The notes: generated by a model not told the origin, from the sequence alone. A DNA stretch of 64,000 bases from Actinomycetota bacterium (GCA_026392355.1 JAPLCF010000031.1:10785-74784); one strand, 5' to 3'; positions 21,326-30,913 are shown, counted from the stretch's first letter. Program-made: numbers and translations.

Positions 21326-21951
21326 GCAATACCGCCGTTATCGAGGCGAACCTCGCGTACCCCGAGGCGGGCGGCGAGCTCGTGGTCGTGGCTCGCGACG
21401 AGCTGCGTCCGCTGGCCGATGCCGGCGCGGAGCGTGTCGTCGAGCAGTGCGCGTCCATCCGCGTCGAGGCCGCTGGCTGGCTCGTCGAGCAGGAGCAAGA
21501 CGGGCTGGTGCGCGGTGGCGCGGGCCAGCGCAAGCCGCTGAAGCATGCCGCGCGAGAAGCCGTCGATCCGCTCGTCGGCACGATCGCCGAGCCCGACCTG
21601 CTCGAGCAGCGCCTGCGTGTCGGCGGTGGTCTGGTGCAGGCGCAGATGCAGAGCGAGGTTCTCGCTCGCCGTGAGTCCGCGGTAGAGCTGCGGCTGGTGT
21701 CCGGCGTACGCAATCCCCGCACGGACGTCTTTCGGTGCGCTGATCGCCTCGACGTCGCCGATTCGTGCCGAACCTGCGGTTGGTCGCAGTAGGCCCGCGA
21801 CGAGCCGCAGCAAGGTCGACTTGCCAGCGCCGTTCGGTCCCAGCACCACCACGGTCTCGCCCCCTGCAACGCGCAGCGTTGCCTTGCGCAGCGCGAGGCG
21901 CTCACCGAAGCGCTTGGAGCACTCCGTGAGGGTGATCACCGGCGGCTGCAT
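21322..21951 (-). CDS. ccmA: Heme exporter ATPase CcmA
   Basis: GPNGAGKSTL, GHQPQLY..LTA.ENL, FSRGM.QRL, LLDEP.SGLD; adjacent to ccmB. Confidence 0.88.
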   Translation of the reverse strand: MQPPVITLTECSKRFGERLALRKATLRVAGGETVVVLGPNGAGKSTLLRLVAGLLRPTAGSARIGDVEAISAPKDVRAGIAYAGHQPQLYRGLTASENLALHLRLHQTTADTQALLEQVGLGDRADERIDGFSRGMLQRLALARATAHQPVLLLLDEPASGLDADGRALLDDTLRAGIGQRTQLVASHDHELAARLGVREVRLDNGGIA

Positions 21952-22000
21952 GGGGTGGAGGGTAAGGGAGGACGCCGCATCCGCGCTGACGAGCGCATCA

Positions 22001-22016
22001 TGTGAACCGTTTCACG
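22001..22016. promoter_or_regulatory. CRP/GlxR-like (or LacI-like) operator between divergent ccmA and lyase genes
   Basis: TGTGA-accgtt-TCACG, 9/10 to TGTGA-N6-TCACA, abutting the TACAGT -10 box at 22017-22022. Confidence 0.45.
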
Positions 22017-22028
22017 TACAGTCCGGCC

Positions 22029-23450
22029 GTGCTTACTCTGACTGGCTACGACCTCTCGCTGCCGAACCTCGTCGAGGCGGCGCGTGCGCCCGGCCCGGTT
22101 GGCCTGCACGTCGATGCGCTCGAGCGCATGCGCGTCAATCGCCTCTTCGCGGAGCGCATCGCGGAGCGTGGCGACGACGTCTATGGGCTCACCACGGGGG
22201 TCGGCGTCCGCAAGAACCGTGCGGTGTCACCCGAGGAGATGCAGGTCTTCAATGCGCGCCTGGTTCGTGAGCACGCGACCGGCCAGGGCCCTGCGCTGCC
22301 GGCTGACGTGGTGCGCGCAACCGCAATTCTCTTGCTCAACCAGTTGGCTGCCGGGCGTTCCAACGTGCGACCGGAGATTGCCGAGCAGATTGCACAGCGG
22401 CTGAGCGATGGCATTGCGGATGTCCACGTACCCGTGTTTGGCGCCACGGGCATGGGTGACGTCGCGCCGCTCTCGCACCTTGTGCTGGGACTCCTCGGCG
22501 ACACGGAGCTCGCGGCCGGAGAGGCGCTACCGCTGATTGGCCAGGGCTCCTACGTGACGGCGCACGCGGCGCTCGCGGTGTACGACGCGGAGATTCTGCT
22601 CGAGACGCTCGTCACGCTGGTGGCGCTCGACTTCGAGGCCTACGCCGCCAACCCCTCGCCGTTTCATCCGGCCGCGGGCGAAGTGCGTCCGTACCCCGGC
22701 TATCGCCGTGCTCTCGCGTCGATTGGACATCTGCTGGGGGGCTCGCAGCTGGCCGATGATCCGCGACATTTGCAGGCGCCGCTGTCGTTCCGCGACGCGG
22801 GCTCGGTGCTGGGTGCGGCCTACGACACGTTTGCGTTTTGCATCCGCCAGCTCTCAATCGAGCTCAATGCGCATCAGCAGAATCCGCTGGCGTTGATGGA
22901 AGAGGATCGCATGCTGCCGGTGGCCAACTTCGATGTGCAGGCGCTGGCAGCGTCGCTCGACTTCGCGCGCATCGCGCTCGCACCGTGCCTGACCGTGCAG
23001 AACGAGCGGTCGATCAAGCTCCTGCAGGCCAGCGAGACGGGCCTGACCGACGGTCTCGAACCGCGCGGTGCAGATCCGGGACACAGCCTCTCGGAGCTGG
23101 CGTGGCCGCTCCAGGCGCTAACGGCTGAGGCACGGCTGCTGATTCAGCCGGTCTCGGCTGAGGTCGGGTCATCCTCGCAGGCCGAGAGCATCGAGGACCG
23201 CCTGACGATGGCGGGCCTTGGTGCGCGTCGCCTCGCGGAGATGACGGAGCTCGGGTTCCGCGCGGCAGCCATTGCCTGCGTGATTGCGTGCCAGGCGATC
23301 GACCTGCGTGGCGTCGATCGCCTCGGCCCGACCGTCGCGTCGATCCACGGAGCCATCCGCCAGCACGTGCCGGCGCTCGGTCCTGGCGATCCACCACCGG
23401 CCGATCTCGAGCCGCTGGTCGAGGCCCTGCGCGGCGGCCTGCTGGCCTAG
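22029..23450 (+). CDS. Aromatic amino acid lyase family protein lacking the MIO tripeptide (ergothionase/TMH-lyase-like)
   Basis: VYGLTTGVG, VP..GATG-MGDVAPL, L.AGEAL, LQAPLSFR, NPL, ANFD, IEDR.TM. Confidence 0.85.
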   Translation: MLTLTGYDLSLPNLVEAARAPGPVGLHVDALERMRVNRLFAERIAERGDDVYGLTTGVGVRKNRAVSPEEMQVFNARLVREHATGQGPALPADVVRATAILLLNQLAAGRSNVRPEIAEQIAQRLSDGIADVHVPVFGATGMGDVAPLSHLVLGLLGDTELAAGEALPLIGQGSYVTAHAALAVYDAEILLETLVTLVALDFEAYAANPSPFHPAAGEVRPYPGYRRALASIGHLLGGSQLADDPRHLQAPLSFRDAGSVLGAAYDTFAFCIRQLSIELNAHQQNPLALMEEDRMLPVANFDVQALAASLDFARIALAPCLTVQNERSIKLLQASETGLTDGLEPRGADPGHSLSELAWPLQALTAEARLLIQPVSAEVGSSSQAESIEDRLTMAGLGARRLAEMTELGFRAAAIACVIACQAIDLRGVDRLGPTVASIHGAIRQHVPALGPGDPPPADLEPLVEALRGGLLA

Positions 23451-23463
23451 GCGGCCATCCGCT

Positions 23464-24543
23464 TCAGGGCGTCATGCGCCGCCAGGCGCCGAAGTGTGGT
23501 CCGTGGCCGATCGCGGCCGTCGTCCGCGCCAGAGACGCCTCGTACTCGGGCTTCGACCGGTCGGCCCCGACCGGGACCACGACGTAGTCGGCGTGGTCCA
23601 CGTAGATCGGGGCGTAGTCGATGCGCCGCAGCGTGGCCGGGCCGGTTGCCGGAACGCGGATGCGGAGCAGGCCGATCAGTCCGTCTTGCGTCTCGGCCGG
23701 GAGGCCGAATTCGGCCGCCTTCGCCTGCCCAGACAGCAGGTTGCCTTCGCCGAACAGCACGAGCGCACCGCCCGCCCGGCGGATGGGCTGGACGACGTGT
23801 GCATGCTGGCCGACGATCGCGGTGATCAGCCCCGAGCTGCCGAGCTTCCGTGCCAGGGCGGCCTGCTCGCCCGTGGGCTCGTGCTGCAGTTCGATGCCCC
23901 AGTGGAGGTTCACCACCACGACGTCCGCCCCGAGCCGTCGAGCCTGCCGCGCCTGCGCGAGGATCGGCCGGGCGTCGCTGCCGATGTCGTTGACGCGCCA
24001 CGCGGGGTCAGGCACCTGCCCGTTAGTGACCTGCGTGAAGGCAAGCAAGGCGACACGCACGCCGCTTGCGGTCTCGAGGATCAGCGGCCGTCGCGCTTCG
24101 CGCGCCGAGCGGGCGCTGCCCGCGTGTCGCACATGGCTGGCATCCAGTGCACGCAACGTCGCCGCAACACCCGCCGGTCCCTGGTCGAGCGAATGGTTCG
24201 ACGCCGTCGAGCACGCGTCGAACCCGGCGCGTCGAATCGCCGTGGCGAGCGCTGGCGGCGTGCTGAAGACCGGGAACGCGGTGGGTGCCGTCGTCCGCGC
24301 CGTCAACGGCGTCTCGACGTGGCAGAACGCGAGGTCGGCGCCGGCGATCAGCGGCCTGACGCGCCGCAGCATCGGCCGGAAGTCGTAGCCGTCACCGTCG
24401 GCATAGGCTGCCGCCTGCCGCCAGACGGCCTCGTGGACGAGCATGTCGCCGGAGACCGCGATGGTGATGTCGCGCGTCTCTGCGGCTGTGGCAGACGGGG
24501 CGGCAACAACGAGGGCGGCGATGAGAAGCAGCACGCGGCGCAT
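23464..24543 (-). CDS. CapA/PgsA-family metallophosphoesterase-fold secreted protein
   Basis: Signal peptide; GDMLVH, CHVETP, ASNHSLDQG, HWGIE, GQHAHVVQ, G.GN. Confidence 0.9.
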   Translation of the reverse strand: MRRVLLLIAALVVAAPSATAAETRDITIAVSGDMLVHEAVWRQAAAYADGDGYDFRPMLRRVRPLIAGADLAFCHVETPLTARTTAPTAFPVFSTPPALATAIRRAGFDACSTASNHSLDQGPAGVAATLRALDASHVRHAGSARSAREARRPLILETASGVRVALLAFTQVTNGQVPDPAWRVNDIGSDARPILAQARQARRLGADVVVVNLHWGIELQHEPTGEQAALARKLGSSGLITAIVGQHAHVVQPIRRAGGALVLFGEGNLLSGQAKAAEFGLPAETQDGLIGLLRIRVPATGPATLRRIDYAPIYVDHADYVVVPVGADRSKPEYEASLARTTAAIGHGPHFGAWRRMTP

Positions 24544-24598
24544 GCCGCGAGGGTAGACCTCGGCATCCCGGTGGTCGGCGATGCTCGGGCGGTTGGCC

Positions 24599-25417
24599 CT
24601 AGACCCGCAGGCGCAGGATCTCCGCGACGCCGTGCGTCGCGGTATGCGCGGCGGCGCGTGGTGCCTCGCCCTGGTCGAGCGCGGCGGCGAATAGCGCCGT
24701 GAACATGTCGCCCGCGCCGACGGTGTCGGCGAGGCGGGGGATGCGATCGGCGGGGATGTGCAGGATGTCTGGTTCGTCGCGCGTCCAGATGTCGGCGCCG
24801 CCTTCGCCGTAGGTGATCAGCACGATCGGTACATCTGCCCGCTCCATCGCCGCGGTATCGGTATCGCCGAGCAGCGCGTGCGCCTCCTCGTCGGAGAACT
24901 TGACGGCGTCGACGCCGGTCAGCCACGCGGGATCGAGCGGGCCGGACGGCACGACCTCTCCGAGCCCGGGTCGGGCAAGCCCCTGCGCGTCGAAGACGAT
25001 GCGACGGCCGAAGGCATGTAGCGCTGCGAGTGTCTCCGGCGGAACGTCGCCGCGCCACTGGGTGCCGACGACGATCGTCGCCGCGTTCTCGAGCGACGAG
25101 CGCGCCCAGCCGTTGACATCGGTGGGGGTGAAGGGCTCGCCGAGGTTGGCCAGCTCGTGGTCGCGCTCACCGTGCTCCTTGAGGATCAGGCGGCTCACGA
25201 AGGTCTCGTCGGCTGGACCAATCAGGACGGGGAGTCCCCGACGGCTCAGCTCGGCGTGCAGCTCGTCGTCGCCGCCCTTGGTGACCACCATGCCGCGGAT
25301 GCCTGCACTCGCGAGCGCACTCGCGGCGAAGACCGGGGCGCCGCCGCAGCGCACCTCCTCGGTGCCGTCCGCGTGGACGATTTCGTCGCGCACGGTCTGA
25401 CCAAGCAGCGCGATCAC
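24599..25417 (-). CDS. PfkB-family carbohydrate kinase
   Basis: GGAPVFA, DAQG, KFSDEEA, ITYGEGG, DTVGAGDMF. Confidence 0.85.
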   Translation of the reverse strand: MIALLGQTVRDEIVHADGTEEVRCGGAPVFAASALASAGIRGMVVTKGGDDELHAELSRRGLPVLIGPADETFVSRLILKEHGERDHELANLGEPFTPTDVNGWARSSLENAATIVVGTQWRGDVPPETLAALHAFGRRIVFDAQGLARPGLGEVVPSGPLDPAWLTGVDAVKFSDEEAHALLGDTDTAAMERADVPIVLITYGEGGADIWTRDEPDILHIPADRIPRLADTVGAGDMFTALFAAALDQGEAPRAAAHTATHGVAEILRLRV

Positions 25418-25854
25418 TTGCGCAACGCTCCCACGGCAAGGTAGGTGTAGGCCGCGAAGGCAACCGCCCAGCCGATTGCCGCGAGGACGTTGGGTCCGGT
25501 GCCACCGCAGTTGTAGCTGTCGCCGGCGTCGCAGAGACTCGTCGCGAGCAGACCGAATCCGCCGGCGAGTCCTGCGGCGGCAAAGACGCCGAGAGCGATC
25601 CACGTCGGCCCGTGCTCCCGACCCCGTCCACGTACGGCCAGAGCACCGGCCGAGACGACCACCGCGGCTAGGAGCGCAAAGGCCGCGAGCGACCAGTGGC
25701 GCAGCGCCATTTGGGCGATCAGGGTGATCACGGCAAGCGGCAGCACGACGCGCGCCAGGTGCACCGCGCCGGTCGTGCGGCGGGCCAATGCGACGATCGC
25801 GGCGACGACAAAGACCGTCAGAACGGCCGACACGATGAGGAAGAACACGGACAC
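25414..25854 (-). CDS. Hypothetical membrane protein
   Basis: About 5 hydrophobic segments, C-x6-C loop; GTGA overlap with pfkB-like gene. Confidence 0.55.
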   Translation of the reverse strand: MSVFFLIVSAVLTVFVVAAIVALARRTTGAVHLARVVLPLAVITLIAQMALRHWSLAAFALLAAVVVSAGALAVRGRGREHGPTWIALGVFAAAGLAGGFGLLATSLCDAGDSYNCGGTGPNVLAAIGWAVAFAAYTYLAVGALRK

Positions 25855-25939
25855 GCGTCACTAACGGTAGCCGTACCGACTAGGCGTTGGCGGCCCAGCG
25901 GTGGTAGCGTGCGCGTAGGACGTAGGAGGTAGTTGAGAT

Positions 25940-26236
25940 ATGGGAGCACTTTCCCCGTGGCACATCGCAGTAGTCGTGATTGTTGGACTGCTGATCTTCG
26001 GCCCCAAGAAGCTGCCCGAGCTTGGTCGTGGCGTGGGTTCCGGCCTGCGTGACTTCCGCAAGGGTCTGTCGGGCGAGCCCGATGAGACGCCGGCTCCCGT
26101 CGTGGAGGCTGCCTCGACTCCGGTGGTGCAGACGACGACGGCGGTCGCTGCTGAGGTGCCCGTCGCCGAGGCCGCAGCCGCACCGGTCGCCGAGCAGGCG
26201 GCTCCCGCCGCAGACCCTGCACCGCCGCAGTCCTGA
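25940..26236 (+). CDS. tatA: Twin-arginine translocase TatA
   Basis: TM plus FGPKKLPELGR.VG.GLRDFRK; AGGAGG RBS. Confidence 0.92.
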   Translation: MGALSPWHIAVVVIVGLLIFGPKKLPELGRGVGSGLRDFRKGLSGEPDETPAPVVEAASTPVVQTTTAVAAEVPVAEAAAAPVAEQAAPAADPAPPQS

Positions 26237-26326
26237 TCCACAGCACGCCGGGTAATCCGGGTTTCGGGGTTCGTTCGCCTGATTGCCGTTCGGTGGTAGC
26301 CTTCGGCCTGCAGCGAGGAGCTTGAA

Positions 26327-26665
26327 ATGCCTTTTGACTTCGGAATCGGTGAGATCGCAATCGTCCTGGTGATCGGCCTGCTCGTGTTCGGCCCCAAGAA
26401 GCTGCCCGAGATCAGCCGTGGCATCGGCTCCGGCATGCGCGACTTCCGTCGCGGTCTTGCCGGTGAGGCCGACCCGACGCCCGCCGAGACCCCAGTCGCC
26501 GACGCAGCCGCACCGGTCGCCGCCGAGGCTGTCGTCTCTGAGACCGTCGCCCCCGACGCACCCGCCCAGCCGCCCGTGGTAGCCGCTACCGCAGCCGCTA
26601 CAGCACCGCCCATGGCAGCCGCAGCCGCCGCGTCGGACCCCGCTCCCGCGCCGCCGGCCGAGTAG
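26327..26665 (+). CDS. tatA: Twin-arginine translocase TatA/TatB-family subunit (second copy)
   Basis: GIGEIAIV..IGLLVFGPKKLPEI.RGIG.GMRDFRR. Confidence 0.85.
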   Translation: MPFDFGIGEIAIVLVIGLLVFGPKKLPEISRGIGSGMRDFRRGLAGEADPTPAETPVADAAAPVAAEAVVSETVAPDAPAQPPVVAATAAATAPPMAAAAAASDPAPAPPAE

Positions 26666-26688
26666 CGAGCTCCGATAGCGACCTGAGC

Positions 26689-27495
26689 ATGCTTTCCGGC
26701 CTCCGCAGCACCCGACGCGTCGAGCACGCCGAGCAGATCCACATCACGGATCATCTCGAGGAGCTCCGCAACCGCATCATCATCAGCCTGCTTGCGCTGG
26801 CCGTGGGCTTTGGCCTCTGCTTCTGGCAGCACGAGCGAATCATCGAGTTTCTCAATCGTCCGCTGCCGGCGAGCGTGCCGGACCCGATCGTCCTTGGCGT
26901 CGCCGAGCCGTTCACGATCTCGCTGAAGATCGCTCTGGCCGGTGCGGTGATTCTCGCCATCCCGGTGCTGATCTACCAGGTCTACGCATTCGTGATGCCC
27001 GCGTTCGATCCGGATCACGACCGTCGCACGTGGCCGTACTTGAGCGCAGCGTCGAGTCTGTTCTTCGTCGGGCTTGCCTTCGGCTACTTCCTGGTGCTGC
27101 CGTCGGCACTCGGCTTCCTGATTGGCTTCGACGCCGATCTCTACAACCGACAGGTGCAGGCGGGTGACTACTACTCGTTCGTCGTCACGATCCTGATCGC
27201 GTGTGGTCTGATCTTCCAGCTACCCACGGGCGTCTTCGTTCTCAGCACCGTCGGTCTGATGCGCTCGGCTTGGATGCGCCGGCATCGTCGCTACGCAATC
27301 TTCGGCATGTCGGTCGTCGCGGCCGCCCTGCCGGGCGGCGACGTGATCTCGATGCTGATTATCTTCGCCGCGCTGCTCGGGCTCTATGAAGTCTCGATTT
27401 ATGTGGCGCTCTTTGTGGAGAAGCGCAAGGGCACAGAGCTTGATGGGCCGGAGGAGGCGACGACCGAGATCGAAGCCGCCGGCAGCGACGCGTGA
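26689..27495 (+). CDS. tatC: Twin-arginine translocase TatC
   Basis: HLEELRNR, EPF, YQ.YAF.MP, YF.VLP, FQLP. Confidence 0.95.
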   Translation: MLSGLRSTRRVEHAEQIHITDHLEELRNRIIISLLALAVGFGLCFWQHERIIEFLNRPLPASVPDPIVLGVAEPFTISLKIALAGAVILAIPVLIYQVYAFVMPAFDPDHDRRTWPYLSAASSLFFVGLAFGYFLVLPSALGFLIGFDADLYNRQVQAGDYYSFVVTILIACGLIFQLPTGVFVLSTVGLMRSAWMRRHRRYAIFGMSVVAAALPGGDVISMLIIFAALLGLYEVSIYVALFVEKRKGTELDGPEEATTEIEAAGSDA

Positions 27496-28826
27496 CCGAG
27501 GTCTACGCCGCCGACCACGTGGTTCCGGTCGGTGTGGCACCGCTGCGCGGTGGAGCGGTCGCCGTGCGTGATGGCGAGATCGTCGCTGTGGGTTCGCGCG
27601 CCGAGGTGCTGACTGCGCATCCCGACGCGCACGTGGAGGAGCTTGGGGCCGCCATCCTGTTGCCGGCGCTTGTCAACGTTCATACGCACCTCGAGTACGC
27701 GTCGTACGGCGGGTTCGGCGACGGTCTGACGTTCGGCCCGTGGATCGCCGACCACGTGGCGCGGCGTCCGCGGCTCGAGCCGGGCGACGTTGAGGCAATC
27801 GCGGCGCTCGGTGCGCTGCAAAACCTGCGGTCGGGTGTCGGCACGATCGCCGACGCCTCGTTCGCGGGTGCCTCCGTGCGTGCGGCGAGCGAGGCGGGCT
27901 TGCGCGGCATCGTCGACATCGAGGCCTTCGGTGGCAAGGGGCAGGACCCCGCACCGACAGTTGAGCGCACGTGGGAGCGCATTCAGGCGCATCGCGCTGA
28001 GGCCTCGGCGCTGATCCGTGTGGGCATTTCGCCGCACGCCCCGTACACGGTCACACCCGCGCTCTATCGCGCGCTCGACGCGCTGGCGCGGGCTGAGGGC
28101 CTCTCGATCATCACGCACGTCGCCGAGTCGAAGGGCGAACTTGAGGCGATCGCCTCGGGCACCGGCCCCGTTGCGGTCGCGTTGCGCGACCTCGCGGAAG
28201 TTGAGGCCTCCGGCCTGCATCCCGTCGACCTGATGGCCGAGCTCGGCCTGCTGCGCCCCGACGTCTTGCTCGTGCACATGGTGCAGATCACCCCCGAGCA
28301 CGCGCGCATGGTCGCGGCCGGTGGCGCGGGCATCGCGCATTGCCCGCGTTCGAACGCCCTGCTCGGTTGTGGTGCCGCGCCGCTCGCCGACATGCTCGCC
28401 GCCGGCGTGCACGTGGGTATCGGTACCGACTCGCCGGCGTCCGCCGTCGACTTCGATCTCTGGGACGAGATCCGCACCGCGATCTTTACGGCGCGCTCAC
28501 GTGAGGCACTCCCCGACGCGCTCACCGCGCACCAGGCGCTCGAGCTTGCCACCATCGGCGGTGCTCGAGCCCTCGGCTACGGCGACGCGATTGGCACGCT
28601 GGAGGTCGGCAAGCGCGCCGACCTGACGGCGATCGATCTGGTTGGCACGCCGTTCGCGGAGGTAGAGGACCCCATCGTCAGCGCGGTGTTCTCCGGCTCA
28701 CCGGAACGCACGCTGCTCACCGTCGTAGATGGAGTCGTGCGCTACCGTAGGGCAACCGACGAGGGTCGGCTCGCTGCCGCGCTCGCCGCAGCGCGACCGG
28801 CCCGGACGCGGATGATCGGATCCTAG
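27492..28826 (+). CDS. Metal-dependent amidohydrolase (SAH/MTA- or aminofutalosine-deaminase-like)
   Basis: VNVHTHLE, PHAPY, HVAES, HCPRSN, GTDS, G.LEVGKRAD. Confidence 0.85.
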   Translation: MTEVYAADHVVPVGVAPLRGGAVAVRDGEIVAVGSRAEVLTAHPDAHVEELGAAILLPALVNVHTHLEYASYGGFGDGLTFGPWIADHVARRPRLEPGDVEAIAALGALQNLRSGVGTIADASFAGASVRAASEAGLRGIVDIEAFGGKGQDPAPTVERTWERIQAHRAEASALIRVGISPHAPYTVTPALYRALDALARAEGLSIITHVAESKGELEAIASGTGPVAVALRDLAEVEASGLHPVDLMAELGLLRPDVLLVHMVQITPEHARMVAAGGAGIAHCPRSNALLGCGAAPLADMLAAGVHVGIGTDSPASAVDFDLWDEIRTAIFTARSREALPDALTAHQALELATIGGARALGYGDAIGTLEVGKRADLTAIDLVGTPFAEVEDPIVSAVFSGSPERTLLTVVDGVVRYRRATDEGRLAAALAAARPARTRMIGS

Positions 28827-28831
28827 GACTC

Positions 28832-29740
28832 ATGTCGAAGAGCAAGAACACGAACCATTCGCGCGCCTCCCAGGAGACCAGCGCGACGCGTCACCCGAAG
28901 AAGCGCCAGGAGGCGCCGTACTCGGCGACGCCGACGCTGAACGAGCGCATGCGCAAGAACGGCAAGTGGGTGTTCCTCGCCTTGGCCGTGGTCTTCGGCA
29001 TTACGTTCGTGTTCGCGGGTGTTGGTACCAGCGGGCCGTCGCTGGTCGATCTGATCGGTCAGAACAACGATTCCAGTCCGACCACGACCGCCGCCGACTC
29101 CAGCGCCGTGCAGAAGGCCGAGGCGGCAACGAAGGCCTCGCCTGAGGATCCACAGGTCTGGCTCGACCTCGCGCAGGCCGAGGTCGCCGCAGGGCAGCTC
29201 GACAAGGTCCCGGCTGCGGCCGAGCAGGCCGCCACGCTCGCGCCGAAGGATGCGACGGTGCAGGCAGCGATTGCCGACGTCTATCTGGCACAGGCTGCCG
29301 CAGCCCTGCAGAAGGCCCAGACGATGTACGCCGAGGCGCAGGGCGGGGGCACGGTCAATGGCCGCAGCGCCGTCCCGCAACAGGTGATCCCCGGCCAGTC
29401 GAGTGGTGCCACGCCGTTCCAGACCGCGCAGGAGAGCATCGCGAGCGCGAAGTTCTCTGACGTCTCGGCCAAGGTCTCGCCGCTGCAGACCGAGGCTAGT
29501 GACGCCTACAAGGCCGCCGTCGAAGCGCAGACCATCGTCACGGAGATCAACGCGGACGACCCGGCAGCGTGGTTCCGCCTCGGGCAGATCGCCACGGCAG
29601 CCAACGACACCACCGGCGCCATCGCGGCGTACGAGCGGTTCGTCAAGCTGGCGCCCGACGATCCGCTGACGTCCAAGGTCAAGGACGAGATCAAGCGCCT
29701 GCAGGATTCGCTGACCTCGTCGACGATTCCGACGCAGTAG
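28832..29740 (+). CDS. Membrane-anchored tetratricopeptide-repeat protein
   Basis: KWVFLALAVVFG TM; TPR-like P.D...W..LA and AWFRLGQ...AI.AYERF.KLAP. Confidence 0.75.
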   Translation: MSKSKNTNHSRASQETSATRHPKKRQEAPYSATPTLNERMRKNGKWVFLALAVVFGITFVFAGVGTSGPSLVDLIGQNNDSSPTTTAADSSAVQKAEAATKASPEDPQVWLDLAQAEVAAGQLDKVPAAAEQAATLAPKDATVQAAIADVYLAQAAAALQKAQTMYAEAQGGGTVNGRSAVPQQVIPGQSSGATPFQTAQESIASAKFSDVSAKVSPLQTEASDAYKAAVEAQTIVTEINADDPAAWFRLGQIATAANDTTGAIAAYERFVKLAPDDPLTSKVKDEIKRLQDSLTSSTIPTQ

Positions 29741-29786
29741 GCGCGTGAAGCGCATGACGGGGCATCTTGGTTAGGATTCCCGCCGC

Positions 29787-29859
29787 GGGCCGTTAGCTCA
29801 GCTGGTAGAGCAGGGGACTCTTAATCCCAAGGTCGAAGGTTCGAGCCCTTCACGGCCCA
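29787..29859 (+). tRNA. tRNA-Lys, anticodon CTT (no encoded CCA)
   Basis: Acceptor gggccgt/acggccc, D-arm tagctcagctggtagagc, anticodon loop ct-CTT-aa, T-loop ggttcgag. Confidence 0.96.
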
Positions 29860-29875
29860 TCCGCTCCCCGACGGC

Positions 29876-30913
29876 TCACGCCGTCAGTTCGTGGAAGCGG
29901 TCCTCGGTGGGGAGCGAGAGCGTCGTAACTTCCGTCAGGCTCGCCGACACGGTCGCGAGGTTGATTTTCGTCCAGCCCTGGTGCGCGAACTGGTTCACGA
30001 AGTACGTGCGGTTCGTGCAGTCGACCATGCTCGACCACTCCGTCATCTCCCAGCCCGCCTGGCCGCCACTCTCGCCTTGGCCGGCCGGAGTCATCACGGA
30101 TCCCGGCGGGATGTCGAAGCCGTTGAGGATGTGGCGAGCGAACTGGACGCCTTCTTTAGCGGTGTCGAACGCCGGGGTGCAGCGCGCGGCCCAGAAGGCG
30201 CGGACGAAACGGTTCGAGGCGAGGAAGCCGCCCGGGATCGCCTGCATGCCGCCGCCGGAGCTCGGCGCCTGCAGCTTCATCCCGGGTAATTCGATCGCGG
30301 GTGCCGGATCGGGCGAGAGGTACGAGTACTCCGCGAGGTGCGCGATCTGCATGGGGAACGGCGGCTCATTCGTGAGCACGGTCGTCGGGTTGTCATGGAT
30401 CGCGAGCTCGCCGTTTGTCCACTCGAGGACAATCGAATTGCCTTCCGCGTCGTGGATGCTGTAGTGCACCATCGGGACCTGGCCGCCGTAGGCCGCCATG
30501 TGCGGACCGTGCACGGGCACGTCGGCGAGGGCAACACGCACCTCGGCGATATTCGCGCAGGTCGTCAGCAGATAGGTGCCGACCTCATGGCATGCGACAG
30601 CGTGTGACTCCTGCTCCGGTGTGATCGCGACGTACTGGGCAGACACCGGGAAGTTGAACGCCGCGGCGACGAGGCCGGCATCGTTGACGCCGTCGAGGAT
30701 GATCTCCAGACCGACGCCGTTCATGCCGACAGCCGCATGCGTGGTCTCCCACGTCAGCCCGCCGACACCCGGCTGGCCCGCGAGTCCGGTGCCCGTGCGC
30801 GTGACGCCCTTCGGGAAGACGATCGGCACCGAATGGAGCTGGAGGGTGAATTCCAGCGTGCGCCCGTAGATGACATCGCCCTTCGTGCTGGTGAGGGTGA
30901 ACGACGTGCACAT
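29876..30913 (-). CDS. Linear amide C-N hydrolase (choloylglycine hydrolase/penicillin V acylase family)
   Basis: N-terminal nucleophile MCT, GRTLEF, DGVN..GL, LTNEP.F, PGG....RFVRA. Confidence 0.9.
   Translation of the reverse strand: MCTSFTLTSTKGDVIYGRTLEFTLQLHSVPIVFPKGVTRTGTGLAGQPGVGGLTWETTHAAVGMNGVGLEIILDGVNDAGLVAAAFNFPVSAQYVAITPEQESHAVACHEVGTYLLTTCANIAEVRVALADVPVHGPHMAAYGGQVPMVHYSIHDAEGNSIVLEWTNGELAIHDNPTTVLTNEPPFPMQIAHLAEYSYLSPDPAPAIELPGMKLQAPSSGGGMQAIPGGFLASNRFVRAFWAARCTPAFDTAKEGVQFARHILNGFDIPPGSVMTPAGQGESGGQAGWEMTEWSSMVDCTNRTYFVNQFAHQGWTKINLATVSASLTEVTTLSLPTEDRFHELTA

Noticed and set aside
29787-30913. tRNA-Lys as an integration site for an island
   Set aside because: No integrase, no duplicated tRNA 3' end seen and no clear compositional shift.
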